From Candidatus Parachristensenella avicola (GTDB lineage: Bacteria > Bacillota > Clostridia > Christensenellales > UMGS416): a stretch of 64,000 bases of DNA. The stretch covers positions 129,409 through 193,408 of the forward strand of contig CAJFUN010000023.1 in assembly GCA_904420205.1 (NCBI GenBank), in the 5' to 3' direction. This document shows, piece by piece, positions 1 through 10,978 of the stretch. Each line of letters starts with the position of its first letter. Positions within the stretch are counted from its first letter, which is position 1. The notes beneath the pieces were generated by a model. The model was given only the letters and a program-made list of their open reading frames with translations. It ran no database searches and was not told the DNA's origin. Position numbers and translations under genes: made by a program.

Positions 1-1347
1 AATCGAAGGTTCGCTGGTCAGCGTATTGACGATAGAATAGATCATCAGCCGCTCTTTGTCGGGGTCCGTGGGATAGTAACTTTCAAAATTGGACGAAAAA
101 TTGACGGTAGCGCATCCTCCCTGTGACTGTACGGAGATAAGATCCTGGGAAGTGATCCCTACAGAGAAGGCATAGGTGAGGGCTGAGTCCTCGCCGGCCA
201 GAGGGCCGCGAATTAATTCATCCACCCGTACGCGTAGCTGGGAGGTGTCGCTCTGATTGGTGGCCCGCTGCACGGCGACCAATTTGCCCGTTTGCTGATG
301 GGGGAAATACAAAGTCGTCATATCAGCCACCGAAGAGAGAAACATTTCTGAGGTCAGCGATTCGCCTGATGGAAAATTGACATCGGGCAGCGAGGTAACA
401 AGCCGGTTATCCACATAAATCAGGACAGAGTCTACATCAGGGAAGTTGCAATAGATGGCCATTGTGATGGCACCGGCAAGCAAATAAGCCTTTTGCCCTG
501 AAAAATTTTCATACTTGGGACTGGAAAACCATACGGAGACAACTTGCTCGCCCTCCTGGGTCATCTCCAGCTGAGGGGATTTGGAAAGCGTAAGCGTGCT
601 GGGGATCGCGCTGACTAGCTCCGGCGCGTCGGCAGGCGCCTGGCGCATACGCTGAATTAAATCGTCTACCAGGTTCCCGCTTCGGGTGACAGGCTCGCCG
701 GCGCTGGCCAACAGATATTCGCCGCTGGCATCGGTATAGAACAGAACCTGACGCTCCGACTGATCGGGGCTGATTTCTCCGGCTTCCATATAGTACTTAT
801 GAAGAATCCACAGCTGCTCCAGATTGGTGTCCAGGCTGGTTAGCGGATTCGTCAGCACGCCGCGGCTGGCCAAGGCCTGGCCGTTGATCCACAAATGAAT
901 ATATTCGACCTTGGAATTTGCAGTCACGGTATTTACCAATGCGGAAACGGAGTTCAGCAGCATTTGCTCATCCATAGCTTCCAGCGCTAGTTGGGAAGTA
1001 ATGTCGATAAGCAGCACGTTTCTGGACTTGGTCATTGACTTAAGCGAAGCGCCGCCGCCGAAGAGCGGCGTTGTGCGCTCATCACCGGTCTCGGAAAGCA
1101 GATTCACAATGGCCGCTTGCAGGAGCAGCTGCCCTTCAGGCACCACCATCTCCCGGCTGCGTTGGATCAGCTGCCGGTTATCGACGCTGGGCAGGTAGGT
1201 GACGATGGTCGTAGTAGCGTGGGTATCAATGCGTTCAGCTGCCGGAAGATTGGCCGAATCACTATTCTCTGGCGGCAGGGGGCTCCGGCTGCAGCCGGCC
1301 AGCAGTATGATCAGGGCAAGGAGGAGGCTTGCCAAGGTTTTTTTCAC
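1..1347 (-). CDS. GerM-domain lipoprotein (partial; 3' end lies beyond window start)
   Basis: Open minus-strand frame runs off the window start, so it has no in-window stop and is absent from the ORF track. GTG at 1347 overlaps the TGA of the upstream gene (GTGA). My translation starts VKKTLASLLLALIILLAGCS (lipobox) and continues ...NVLLIDITSQLALEAMDEQMLLNSVSALVNTVTANSKVEYIHLWINGQ, a GerM-like pattern. Confidence 0.6.
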   Translation of the reverse strand, partial: MKKTLASLLLALIILLAGCSRSPLPPENSDSANLPAAERIDTHATTTIVTYLPSVDNRQLIQRSREMVVPEGQLLLQAAIVNLLSETGDERTTPLFGGGASLKSMTKSRNVLLIDITSQLALEAMDEQMLLNSVSALVNTVTANSKVEYIHLWINGQALASRGVLTNPLTSLDTNLEQLWILHKYYMEAGEISPDQSERQVLFYTDASGEYLLASAGEPVTRSGNLVDDLIQRMRQAPADAPELVSAIPSTLTLSKSPQLEMTQEGEQVVSVWFSSPKYENFSGQKAYLLAGAITMAIYCNFPDVDSVLIYVDNRLVTSLPDVNFPSGESLTSEMFLSSVADMTTLYFPHQQTGKLVAVQRATNQSDTSQLRVRVDELIRGPLAGEDSALTYAFSVGITSQDLISVQSQGGCATVNFSSNFESYYPTDPDKERLMIYSIVNTLTSEPSI

Positions 1348-2354
1348 GAAGCATCCCCCCTTATCATCATTTCCAGCGCGGAATAACTCATGAGCCAACC
1401 GTTATTTTCCCATACAAAGGTCAGCGGGACAGCGGCGAGAGTCTGCGCCTCAGAATCACCGGTGCGCTGTATGGAGAAATCCAGCAATACGGTGCAAAGT
1501 TGCCCGTCGGCCGTAACGGCGGATCCATGGATGGTGGAATCAATGAGCGTAACGTCCAGCTCGGTAAGTTCGGCGATAAGCTGCTGGCGGGTAGGCCGGG
1601 CCTGCGAGCGGTCCGGGACGGACTGCGCCACGAACCGTTCAACCCTGGCCCAGTTTTTATCATGAATCGCTTGCAAAATTAGCTCGGCGGTATGCTCAGC
1701 AGTAAGGACGCGGGAAAGATCCATGCTTAAAGGCTCCATCAGCTGCAGCCCGTCTTCTCCAGAGGAAAAGCCCATTTCGTTACGGGTTGGCCGGCGGGCG
1801 GAGGCATCGGCGCTGTCGGCAATAAGAATCTGAACGGACTTAGCCCGCCCCAAGCTAAGCAGCGTGTTGACCACGGAATAGGCGGCCAGCTGCTGCGTAG
1901 ACTGCACAAGCTGGGTCCAGGTGGCGTCCTCGCGCCATCCTTCGGGCAGGCCGGAGATAGGCTCTAAAAATTCGGCGCTGAAGGTGACGAAATAGCAGCC
2001 GCCCTGCTCAGTGACGGAGATGACTCTAGTGTTGGGATTAATGAGCCCTTTTAACTCCAGGCTGGAGGCGGAAGGACCGCCGATCAAGGCTTTGAGCACC
2101 CCTTCCTCCAGGGAAAGGGAATCGGACACGGTGATGGTTCGGGATTCGCTGCTCAAATAGGGTTCGCTGCCAAACCGGAAATATAGAGGAACTGTGGCCT
2201 TGCTTTCGCCCTGCGCCACAGGGTCCAACGCGGGCTGTGCAGTTTCAGATGGACGGTCAGAGTTGCGGGCGAGCTCGCTGCCAAAGGGCACGGAGCAACC
2301 CGCCAGCATAAACGATAGCGCCAGGGCAGCGGAAATCATGAGTTGTTTTTTCAC
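1344..2354 (-). CDS. GerM-domain lipoprotein
   Basis: ORF track 336 aa. GTG start with GGAGG 5 nt upstream, overlapping the kinase stop codon. Signal peptide plus lipobox (SFMLAGCS). GerM-like core (VPLYFRF..EGVLKALIGGP..VISVTEQGGCYFVTFS..AAYSVVNTLLSL..VQILI). Confidence 0.65.
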   Translation of the reverse strand: MKKQLMISAALALSFMLAGCSVPFGSELARNSDRPSETAQPALDPVAQGESKATVPLYFRFGSEPYLSSESRTITVSDSLSLEEGVLKALIGGPSASSLELKGLINPNTRVISVTEQGGCYFVTFSAEFLEPISGLPEGWREDATWTQLVQSTQQLAAYSVVNTLLSLGRAKSVQILIADSADASARRPTRNEMGFSSGEDGLQLMEPLSMDLSRVLTAEHTAELILQAIHDKNWARVERFVAQSVPDRSQARPTRQQLIAELTELDVTLIDSTIHGSAVTADGQLCTVLLDFSIQRTGDSEAQTLAAVPLTFVWENNGWLMSYSALEMMIRGDAS

Positions 2355-2363
2355 GGCGCCCTC

Positions 2364-3800
<1,437 letters not shown>

Positions 3801-3831
3801 TACAATACGCCAGCGGAAGCTGTGGATAACG

Positions 3832-4515
3832 TTACTTGTCCGTGAAATAGTAGCCCACTCCCCACTTGGTGAAGATATACTCCGGCTGGCCGGGATTCTT
3901 CTCGATCTTTTCCCGCAGGCGGCGGATGTGCACGTCGACCGTACGTAGATCGCCCAGATAATCATATTTCCATACGATCTCCAGCAATTGCTCGCGGCTG
4001 AACACCTTACCCGGGTTGGAAGCGAAAAGCTTCAGCAGGTCGAATTCTTTAGCGGTCAGGTTCACGGCGCGGCCCTCGATGGTTACGGTACGGCTCTCCA
4101 TACGGATACGCATGCCGTGGATGACGATATCGTCGTCGGCGTTCTCCGAGCCATAGGCCCGGCGGATAATGGTCTTAATCCGCGCCTTCACTTCCAGCAC
4201 GTTAAAGGGTTTGGTCATGTAGTCGTCGGCGCCATATTCCAAGCCGAGGATTTTATCCATATCGTCGCCCTTGGCCGTCAGCATGATGATCGGCACGTTG
4301 GAGAATTCACGGATTTGCTGGCACACCTGCATTCCGTCCATTTTCGGCAGCATTACGTCCAGCAAGATCAGGTCGAATTCTCCTTCTTTCGTCTTTGCCA
4401 GGGCTTCCTCGCCGTCATAGGCGGCGTCAATTATATATCCATCCTGCTCCAAGGAAAAGCGCAATCCTTTTACGATTAGAGGCTCGTCGTCCACGATGAG
4501 GATCTTTCGGGCCAT
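3832..4515 (-). CDS. OmpR-family response regulator (WalR/YycF-like)
   Basis: Receiver motifs (ILIVDDEP, LILLDVMLPKMDG, TKPF) plus a winged-helix C-terminus (LTAKEFDLL..VDVHIRRLREKIE..YIFTKWGVGYYF). Confidence 0.95.
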   Translation of the reverse strand: MARKILIVDDEPLIVKGLRFSLEQDGYIIDAAYDGEEALAKTKEGEFDLILLDVMLPKMDGMQVCQQIREFSNVPIIMLTAKGDDMDKILGLEYGADDYMTKPFNVLEVKARIKTIIRRAYGSENADDDIVIHGMRIRMESRTVTIEGRAVNLTAKEFDLLKLFASNPGKVFSREQLLEIVWKYDYLGDLRTVDVHIRRLREKIEKNPGQPEYIFTKWGVGYYFTDK

Positions 4516-4646
4516 AATACCCCTCCTTATACCGCTTGCGGCGTTGTTTGCTACTATTAAACCATATTTTGACCGGAAAAGGAAGGGTTAAGCGCTGAGT
4601 CGCCATCATGGAAATGGAACAATTTGATGCAAAGCCGAAAAAGATA

Positions 4647-4655
4647 TGCTATAAT
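4647..4655 (+). promoter_or_regulatory. extended -10 promoter element (TGCTATAAT) for the DD-carboxypeptidase gene
   Basis: TGnTATAAT match about 50 nt upstream of ATG 4704. It lies inside the 5' extension of ORF 4608..6239, which argues against the longer start. Confidence 0.45.
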
Positions 4656-4703
4656 ATGGGGGCTTGTAGGAAGAAAAATCCCACCGTTTGGGGAGGAAAT
4701 GGT

Positions 4704-6239
4704 ATGAAAAGGAAGATTGCCGCATTTTTGACGGGGCTGCTGCTGCTGGCGCCGGCTCAGACGGGCAAAGCGCAGCAGCTGGCGACAGAAGCCGACCCGA
4801 CGATCATTCCCGAGCCTGTCTATGCGGTGGATGAAAACGGCGACCTATCCCCGGCAGCAGTGAACGCGGAGACGGCCATCTGCCTGGATGCGGATACGGG
4901 GGACGTGCTTTATGAGAAGCAGGCGGATAAGAAAATGTATCCGGCCAGCATTACCAAGGTAATGACTTGCATGCTGGCGCTAGAATATGTGGAACAATCC
5001 GGCCACGGGATGGATGAGGTGGTTACCGTTGAGCACACCTATCAGCTGGAAAAGGACGCAGTAGAAATCTATATGAAAAAGGGCGAGCAATTTACCATGG
5101 AACAGCTGCTCTATGCGCTGATGCTCAAATCCGCCAACGATGCCGCCCTGCTGCTAGCCGAGCATATCAGCGGCTCGGTGGAGAGCTTTGTGGAGTCGAT
5201 GAATGAAAAGGCTGCCGAGCTGGGCATGACGGGGACGCATTTCGTCAATCCCAACGGCTTACATGACGATGACCACTATACTACGGCCCGGGACATGGCT
5301 GTTTTGATGCGGCAGGCAATACAAAATGAAAACTTTTGCAAGATCCTGCAGACGATGAGCTACCAGATCCCCGAGACGGCGCAAACGCCCGAGATCCGTT
5401 ACCTATCCAACAGCAACCGGCTGATGAAGGAAAGCGAATCCGCCTATTATGAGCCTTGCATGGGGGGGAAAACGGGATACACATCCAAGGCGCGCAATAC
5501 CTTTGTGTGCTATGCCCGCAAAGACGGACGGACCGTAGTGGCGGCGGTGATGCACAGCCCACTGTCGGGTACGCGTTTTGCTTCGGGCAAGAATCTTCTG
5601 CGTTACGGGCTGGAAAACTTTGAATCGGTGGATTTAGCGCAGCTGCTGGCCCAGACCCCCCTTTCGGCCCAGATCACCGGTTCTGAAGAGGCGCCGGACG
5701 GCACGCTGGAGGTGCCGGTAAACCAGGTTCCCCAGGATGAGGCGAAGGTCACGCTGCGCAAGACGGAGACCAACGAAGCGCCCAGCGCCGACGACTATGA
5801 GGCCAAGATCCAGTGGCGGGAAAACCTACGGGCGCCCATCGTATCCGGCGAAGTATTGGGTACAGTTAGCTATTACCGACGGGGCGAGGCGGAGGCGGAA
5901 GCGGCGTTGGTTTGCGACCTGGTTGCCAGCCGCGACGTGACGGCCGCCTTAAATGCGCCCGGCGGGAGCGAGACCGGCGACTCGTCGCTTCCGGTGGTTA
6001 CGGATCCGGCGGCCAACATCCCCGCTCGGCAGAACGCTTCCGTTACAACGTGGATGACGGTAGCGCTGATTGTGCTGATTGCGCTGATTGTAATCGTAGC
6101 TTTTATGCTCCTTCGGGCTGGCGGCGGCCAACGCAGCAGGCATAGCGCCCCGACCCGGCGCAGTGCACCGCGCCGGCGAAGCCCTACCTATGGAAACCGC
6201 GGCCGGTATAATACGCGGAGCCGGGGGCGGCGGCGTTAG
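4704..6239 (+). CDS. serine-type D-Ala-D-Ala carboxypeptidase (peptidase S11, PBP5/DacB-like)
   Basis: SxxK (SITKVM), SxN (SAND) and KTG (KTGYT) motifs. Signal peptide MKRKIAAFLTGLLLLAPAQTGKA. GGAGG 7 nt before ATG 4704. C-terminal TM helix followed by an Arg-rich tail. Confidence 0.9.
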   Translation: MKRKIAAFLTGLLLLAPAQTGKAQQLATEADPTIIPEPVYAVDENGDLSPAAVNAETAICLDADTGDVLYEKQADKKMYPASITKVMTCMLALEYVEQSGHGMDEVVTVEHTYQLEKDAVEIYMKKGEQFTMEQLLYALMLKSANDAALLLAEHISGSVESFVESMNEKAAELGMTGTHFVNPNGLHDDDHYTTARDMAVLMRQAIQNENFCKILQTMSYQIPETAQTPEIRYLSNSNRLMKESESAYYEPCMGGKTGYTSKARNTFVCYARKDGRTVVAAVMHSPLSGTRFASGKNLLRYGLENFESVDLAQLLAQTPLSAQITGSEEAPDGTLEVPVNQVPQDEAKVTLRKTETNEAPSADDYEAKIQWRENLRAPIVSGEVLGTVSYYRRGEAEAEAALVCDLVASRDVTAALNAPGGSETGDSSLPVVTDPAANIPARQNASVTTWMTVALIVLIALIVIVAFMLLRAGGGQRSRHSAPTRRSAPRRRSPTYGNRGRYNTRSRGRRR

Positions 6240-6264
6240 CGGGGGTACCCCTTAGCGGAAATAG

Positions 6265-6292
6265 AAAAGGCGGCGGGATTCCCGCCGCCTTT
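6265..6292. terminator. bidirectional intrinsic terminator between convergent genes
   Basis: 9-bp GC stem GGCGGCGGG/CCCGCCGCC with a 3-nt loop, flanked by AAAA and TTT. Confidence 0.6.
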
Positions 6293-6336
6293 GGTACGCG
6301 AGCGCCAACGATGCGTCCCGTTCAATATCCGCTGCT

Positions 6337-7041
6337 TTAGCTTTGTTTCTTAAGATATTCTTCCAGACACAGCCCCTGGTTGGCCATTGCTTGGGCAGCC
6401 TCCGGCCCGACATACCGCAGATGCCACGGCTCATAAATGATGCCGGTTATGCTGCTTTTTTCCTCCGGATAGCGGATGATGAAGCCATATTGCGCGCCAT
6501 GCTCCGCTACCCACCGGTAAGCGTCGCTCTGGTAGAAGGAATCCAGCGTGCCGTCGGCCCCGGAAAAGTCAAAGGCATATCCGGTATGGTGCTCGCTATA
6601 TCCGGGACGAGCGACCTCCCGGGCTGCAGCGTCTTCCGCGTCGTCTTCGGGCGTGCCGGAGGCGATGACCCGCTGCACTTTGTTCTGATAGAGCCCTTGC
6701 TGGTATTCGATGGAGCGATAGGCGCTGACAAGACGCAGCGGCCCCACCTGATCCTTCGCCATCGCTTCCGCCATCCGGGCAAGGGCTTCGACTGCCTCGC
6801 CTTGGGCCAGCATAGCATCGTTTTTTAGCTTAAGATTCTCGCATTGGATGGAATCTGCGATATTGACTAGACCGGCGGGCGTTCCCTGCGGAAAGGCATT
6901 CCAAGGATTGACCAGCATCAGCTTGTCCACCGCGATCTTTGCCTGCGCTTGATGGCGCTGGCAGCTGCAGAGCGACACCGCTAACAACGCCGCAAGGGCG
7001 AAAGCCGCTATTTTTGTGGGGCGGCTCAGAGCATATCGCAT
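6337..7041 (-). CDS. VanY/LdcB-type D-alanyl-D-alanine (LD/DD) carboxypeptidase, peptidase M15B
   Basis: Zn-ligand motifs SEHHTGYAFD and EPWH. N-terminal signal with Cys (LAVSLCSC). GAGGTGAG RBS upstream of ATG 7041. Confidence 0.85.
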   Translation of the reverse strand: MRYALSRPTKIAAFALAALLAVSLCSCQRHQAQAKIAVDKLMLVNPWNAFPQGTPAGLVNIADSIQCENLKLKNDAMLAQGEAVEALARMAEAMAKDQVGPLRLVSAYRSIEYQQGLYQNKVQRVIASGTPEDDAEDAAAREVARPGYSEHHTGYAFDFSGADGTLDSFYQSDAYRWVAEHGAQYGFIIRYPEEKSSITGIIYEPWHLRYVGPEAAQAMANQGLCLEEYLKKQS

Positions 7042-7063
7042 TCGATACTCACCTCAGCATTCA

Positions 7064-7079
7064 ATCATACGCGTATGAT
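7064..7079. promoter_or_regulatory. perfect 16-bp palindrome ATCATACGCGTATGAT (candidate operator) upstream of the M15B peptidase gene
   Basis: Read directly: the sequence equals its own reverse complement and sits 23-38 nt upstream of ATG 7041. Confidence 0.35.
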
Positions 7080-7213
7080 GACAGGAAATCCTCCGCAATT
7101 TGTAAAGCAAATGCAAAAGTTAGCGGCAGGCGCCGCCGGAAAAAGGCGCCCAATATGGGCCAAGGGCCTGAATTCGGGATAGGAAGAAGAGCGGCGCGCA
7201 AATACGGCGAAGG

Positions 7214-7241
7214 AAAAGCCGGCCCCATGGGCCGGCTTTTT
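7214..7241. terminator. intrinsic terminator (bidirectional hairpin) after the minus-strand sugar genes
   Basis: AAAAGCCGGCCC-loop-GGGCCGGCTTTTT. 8-bp GC-rich stem flanked by A and T runs. Confidence 0.6.
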
Positions 7242-7274
7242 GGATCGGCGGGAGCGGGCGTCTGCCGGGCGCGG

Positions 7275-8099
7275 TTAGATGATGGCGTCGATGTAGGCAA
7301 TGGCGCGCCGGACATCCTCCACCTGACGGGGACCGGAGATTTCCCGCTCGATGACCAGGGGCCCGTTAAAACCTGCCTGCTCCAGCGCATGCAGCAGGGC
7401 GGGAAAATCGACCATCCCCTCGCCAACGGCGGTTTCATTTCCTAAGGACTTCATATCCCCAGTGGGATAGTGGCCGTCCTTAATATGGACGGAGCGTACA
7501 TATTCCCCGAAAATCCCTACCGCATCCACCGGATTTGCCTTGCCATACATCATTAGGTTGGCTGGGTCCAAATTGATGCCGAGATTGGGCGCACCGCTGT
7601 CCAAAATGGCGCGTTTCATAGCTACCGGCGTTTCCTGGCCGGTCTCCAGGTTAAAGCTGATGCCATAGCGGGCGGCATGGGCGGCCAAATCCGCCAAGGT
7701 ATCTACAACGCCCGCATAGGACGGATCCTTGGGAGATTCGGGAATAAATCCAGCATGGGTGCTGATCAGCTTAACCCCGCAGTCGCCTACAAAGTCAAGC
7801 TGGCGCTTCAGCCCTGCCACCCTGGATGCGCGGTAAGCTTCAGGCACAATGCCCAGCGTGGAAGGGCCGTCGATAAAATTCCATACGGCGGGCTCGCCCC
7901 AGCTGAGGATCATGCTAACCATAGGAAGGGACTCGTTGGCTCCGATCAGGGCGCGGCGCTCAGCCTGCGTACCGGCAAGATCGAAGGGGAGGCTGACCTG
8001 GCAAGTATCCAGGCCCATCGCAGCATACTCGGCCCATTTGCCCTCTACCAGCATGGAAAGGGGCATAATCGAGCCCAAAGGCCATTTGCGATTTTTCAT
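7275..8099 (-). CDS. sugar phosphate isomerase/epimerase (xylose isomerase-like TIM barrel)
   Basis: Frame of ORF 7275..8450, but that start overlaps the upstream gene. ATG 8099 has AAGGAG 8 nt upstream. Family-like sequence (GLDTCQVSL..ISTHAGFIP..FNLETGQE..INLDPANL..HIKD). Confidence 0.8.
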   Translation of the reverse strand: MKNRKWPLGSIMPLSMLVEGKWAEYAAMGLDTCQVSLPFDLAGTQAERRALIGANESLPMVSMILSWGEPAVWNFIDGPSTLGIVPEAYRASRVAGLKRQLDFVGDCGVKLISTHAGFIPESPKDPSYAGVVDTLADLAAHAARYGISFNLETGQETPVAMKRAILDSGAPNLGINLDPANLMMYGKANPVDAVGIFGEYVRSVHIKDGHYPTGDMKSLGNETAVGEGMVDFPALLHALEQAGFNGPLVIEREISGPRQVEDVRRAIAYIDAII

Positions 8100-8155
8100 G
8101 AGAACAACTCCTTTTTTGCGGCGGGAATCTTTCGGCCGCGGAATATCTGCGTAGC

Positions 8156-10006
8156 CTATGCCAAGGGGGCGCCGGATACGGTCAGCCCGGAAAGCGCCAT
8201 CATGCCTTGGACAGGCTCCAACCGTACGCCGTGCGGTCCCCAGCTGAGGCCCTCTAGGCGGTAGAAAATCTGCGGCGCCTCCTCCTGGCTTGACTGCTGG
8301 TCTAGGACGGCCATGGTTTGCCCGTCCACGATAACCCGCATGCGGCCAAGGCTGGGCCCCTTGGGCCCCCGTAAAGCGATAGCGTCGCCGATTACGTTGT
8401 ATTTGGCGTAACTTTGGCTGGTCATAAATACGGGCTCCTGGATCTGCCAATCTGCGGCTCGCTGACCTGCGCCAAGCAGCCCTTCCCAGCCGTTAAACGT
8501 AAGGCTATAGCGGCGTGCGGGGCCGTTAAGAACCCAGCGGGATACGCGGATGCGGCTGTGGGGTGCGCACCACAGGCCGATCATACCCGAACCGGCCAGC
8601 GGAGCGCGGAGCAGCGACTCGCCGCCCAGAGACAGGGTAATAAATCCGCCGGTTCGGTCGATCAGCAGGGAACCGCCGGCCCGGTATGACCCGCTGTGCA
8701 GAAGCTGGGGCTGGCCGCTTTCATTAAAGGCCTCCAGGCGCCACTGGCCGCCGCTTAAGGTAAGTCCGTGGCAACAGTTGAGCGCAATGGGATAGGCGTC
8801 GCTGATGTTACGATTCGGCCCTACGATCCCTTTCATATCCAGAATAAAGGTGACCGTCCCCTCCATCTCGAATTCGGCATCCAGACTAAAGTCGTCCCAG
8901 TCGCCGTAAAGCAAGCTCTGGCTAGGCCCTTGGTGGCCGGATAAAGTAAAGCCGTCGGACAGCGGTTGATTCCATGGCCGTTGAGCCAGACAGATGGTGC
9001 CTCGTCCCTGGCTGTTGCGGGAAGGGAACATCGCGTGGAATACGCCGTCGTGGACAAAGCCGTGAAGCGTCTGGCCCCAGATGCCGTAATACTCATGTTC
9101 ATACCGTTCGCTGTGCCAGACTGAGCCGTTGCGCACAAGGCGCCAGGCCTCCGGACGGTGGGCCTGCTCCAAAGGCGCGGCAAAGAGCGCCTGATAATTC
9201 CGGTTTAAGGCGACGCTGGTGGCATGGGCATAGACGACGCCGTCCACCGCCATGGCGGGGTGAAACTCGACCGGCGCAGGATAAAATTCGGGACGGTCGC
9301 AGCTTAGAATATTGACCGGACCCGACCAGGGCCCCTCCGGCCCCGGGGCGGTAAAGGCGGCATAGGCCCAGGCAAAATGCTCGCCCGAGTCGCAGAGCAC
9401 CAGCATCAGCCAGTCCTGGGAGCGCCGGAGCAGCGTGGAGGCGTAGAGCCGGTCCCAGCGTCCCATGGCGTCCCGAAAACGTCGGGTGCTGATCGAGAGG
9501 CCGGGCAGGCGTGTATAGGGCCCTTCAGCAGCCTCCGCGACGGCCACGGCTCCGCCGCCGTCGGCGCTGCTGGTGGGGTCATGGGCGTTTTCCCAGGTAA
9601 AGTCCGGCGCGCTGGTGTCATAAGCCATGTAATATCTTCCCTGCTCCGGGTCGTATTCAATGACGGTATCGGGGCAGGAGGTGGGCTCCACGCCGGGACC
9701 AAAGGGAGACCCGGGGGAAAGCGCAGGGCCCAGGGAGCGGAAGGTTTTGCCTTCATCCTCGGAGAGCAACAGTTCTGCATAGGAGGGGGAACCGGTCACG
9801 GCATAGCCCTCGGCATAATGACCGGCCTGCAGGAGCCATTTCCCGGTGGCCGGGTCGCGGAACAGCGAGCCGTTCACCGTCCATTCAAAGGGAGGCTGGC
9901 TGACGAGCACAGGATCACGGCGATGGACAAAGCTATCAAAAGATGGATCGCCCAACACAGGATGATGCAGCCATGCGTCCACCTGCTCTTTTAAAGCGAA
10001 ATTCAT
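8156..10006 (-). CDS. hypothetical protein; possible beta-propeller glycosidase-like N-domain plus lectin/ConA-like C-domain
   Basis: 616-aa ORF with AAGGAGG upstream. No signal peptide. I recognise no catalytic motif. The domain guess rests only on composition and pattern (W/G/D-rich repeats; ..YGDWDDFSLDAEFEMEGTVTFILD..). Confidence 0.5.
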   Translation of the reverse strand: MNFALKEQVDAWLHHPVLGDPSFDSFVHRRDPVLVSQPPFEWTVNGSLFRDPATGKWLLQAGHYAEGYAVTGSPSYAELLLSEDEGKTFRSLGPALSPGSPFGPGVEPTSCPDTVIEYDPEQGRYYMAYDTSAPDFTWENAHDPTSSADGGGAVAVAEAAEGPYTRLPGLSISTRRFRDAMGRWDRLYASTLLRRSQDWLMLVLCDSGEHFAWAYAAFTAPGPEGPWSGPVNILSCDRPEFYPAPVEFHPAMAVDGVVYAHATSVALNRNYQALFAAPLEQAHRPEAWRLVRNGSVWHSERYEHEYYGIWGQTLHGFVHDGVFHAMFPSRNSQGRGTICLAQRPWNQPLSDGFTLSGHQGPSQSLLYGDWDDFSLDAEFEMEGTVTFILDMKGIVGPNRNISDAYPIALNCCHGLTLSGGQWRLEAFNESGQPQLLHSGSYRAGGSLLIDRTGGFITLSLGGESLLRAPLAGSGMIGLWCAPHSRIRVSRWVLNGPARRYSLTFNGWEGLLGAGQRAADWQIQEPVFMTSQSYAKYNVIGDAIALRGPKGPSLGRMRVIVDGQTMAVLDQQSSQEEAPQIFYRLEGLSWGPHGVRLEPVQGMMALSGLTVSGAPLA

Positions 10007-10153
10007 GTTTCCTCCTTCGTAACATGATGATGGTTTCAGCTCATTGTATCATGAAAACGGCGCCTGCGCCTAGCCGCTTTCCGGAACGGGCCAAAAGAGC
10101 AAAATATTATAGGGAAAAGTCATGATCGTCCACATCGCCCTATCGTACCGGTG

Positions 10154-10162
10154 TGCTATAAT
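10154..10162 (+). promoter_or_regulatory. extended -10 element TGCTATAAT upstream of TIM-barrel/oxidoreductase genes
   Basis: TGnTATAAT about 40 nt upstream of ATG 10202, inside the spurious 5' extension of ORF 10151. Confidence 0.45.
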
Positions 10163-10201
10163 CAAACTATTGGAAACCCATGCCAACAAAAGGAGGACAT
10201 C

Positions 10202-10966
10202 ATGGCGACGATCGGACTACAGATGTATTCAATTCGCACGGTGGATGAAGGCGATCTGCTGGGTAAGCTGGGCAAGGTAGCGGCGATGGGCTACGACGGC
10301 GTAGAATTCGCCGGGTTCGAGGGGCTGGACGCCCATACGCTGCGGGCGCGGCTCGATGAAGTGGGGATTGTCTGCCTAGGCAGCCACACCAATATCGACC
10401 TGCTGCGCAACGACCTTGAGGGACAGATTGAATACCATAAGATTCTGGGCGCGCGCTATATCAATTGCCCTGGAGCCCGGCCCGAGAATCTGGAAGGAAC
10501 GGCACAGCAGCAGATTGACGCATGGAAAGCCTTAGCGGCCGAATTCAACGAAATCGGCAAGCGAATTGCCGAGGCAGGCATGGTTTTCTGCTACCATAAC
10601 CACTCCTTTGAGTTCGAGCCGGTGGGCGATACCTGCCCGGAGGAGATCATCTTTGACAACACCGACCCATCCTATGTAAAAGTCGAACTGGATACCTGCT
10701 GGATTGAAAATACCGGCCGCAAATCCGTGGATTTCATGGATCAGTATGCCGACGCCATGGAGCTGCTGCACATTAAGGAACTGACGAGCGTAGGCGATCC
10801 CACAGCAAAGGTGATCGGTCAGGGATGCATCGATTTCCCGACGGTCATTGAGAAGGGATGGCAGGTCGGCGTGAAGGCGCTGATTGTCGAGCATGAGGGA
10901 CTGGAAGGCGATATCATGGGCGACGTGAAGGCGGGCCTTGATTATCTGCGTTCCATCACAGAATAA
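10202..10966 (+). CDS. sugar phosphate isomerase/epimerase (xylose isomerase-like TIM barrel)
   Basis: AAGGAGG upstream of ATG 10202 (MATIGLQMYSIR). Family-like pattern (GYDGVEFAG..YHNHSFEF..ELDTCW..HIKE). Confidence 0.8.
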   Translation: MATIGLQMYSIRTVDEGDLLGKLGKVAAMGYDGVEFAGFEGLDAHTLRARLDEVGIVCLGSHTNIDLLRNDLEGQIEYHKILGARYINCPGARPENLEGTAQQQIDAWKALAAEFNEIGKRIAEAGMVFCYHNHSFEFEPVGDTCPEEIIFDNTDPSYVKVELDTCWIENTGRKSVDFMDQYADAMELLHIKELTSVGDPTAKVIGQGCIDFPTVIEKGWQVGVKALIVEHEGLEGDIMGDVKAGLDYLRSITE

Positions 10967-10978
10967 AAGGAGGAAGAC

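Noticed and set aside
911-1682. Cluster of short plus-strand ORFs (911..1198, 1117..1386, 1199..1393, 1329..1682, 1390..1665)
   Set aside because: All lie antisense to the two GerM lipoprotein genes. They overlap each other in different frames and lack RBS motifs.
4608-4703. Longer N-terminal extensions offered by the ORF track (for example 4608 for the DD-carboxypeptidase, 8450 for the TIM barrel, 19243 for the ABC subunit, 38911 for the CNNM protein, 57646 for ThuA, 61414 for the GRE)
   Set aside because: In each case the extension overlaps an upstream gene or contains promoter or terminator elements. An internal start with a strong Shine-Dalgarno sequence matches where the conserved protein family begins.
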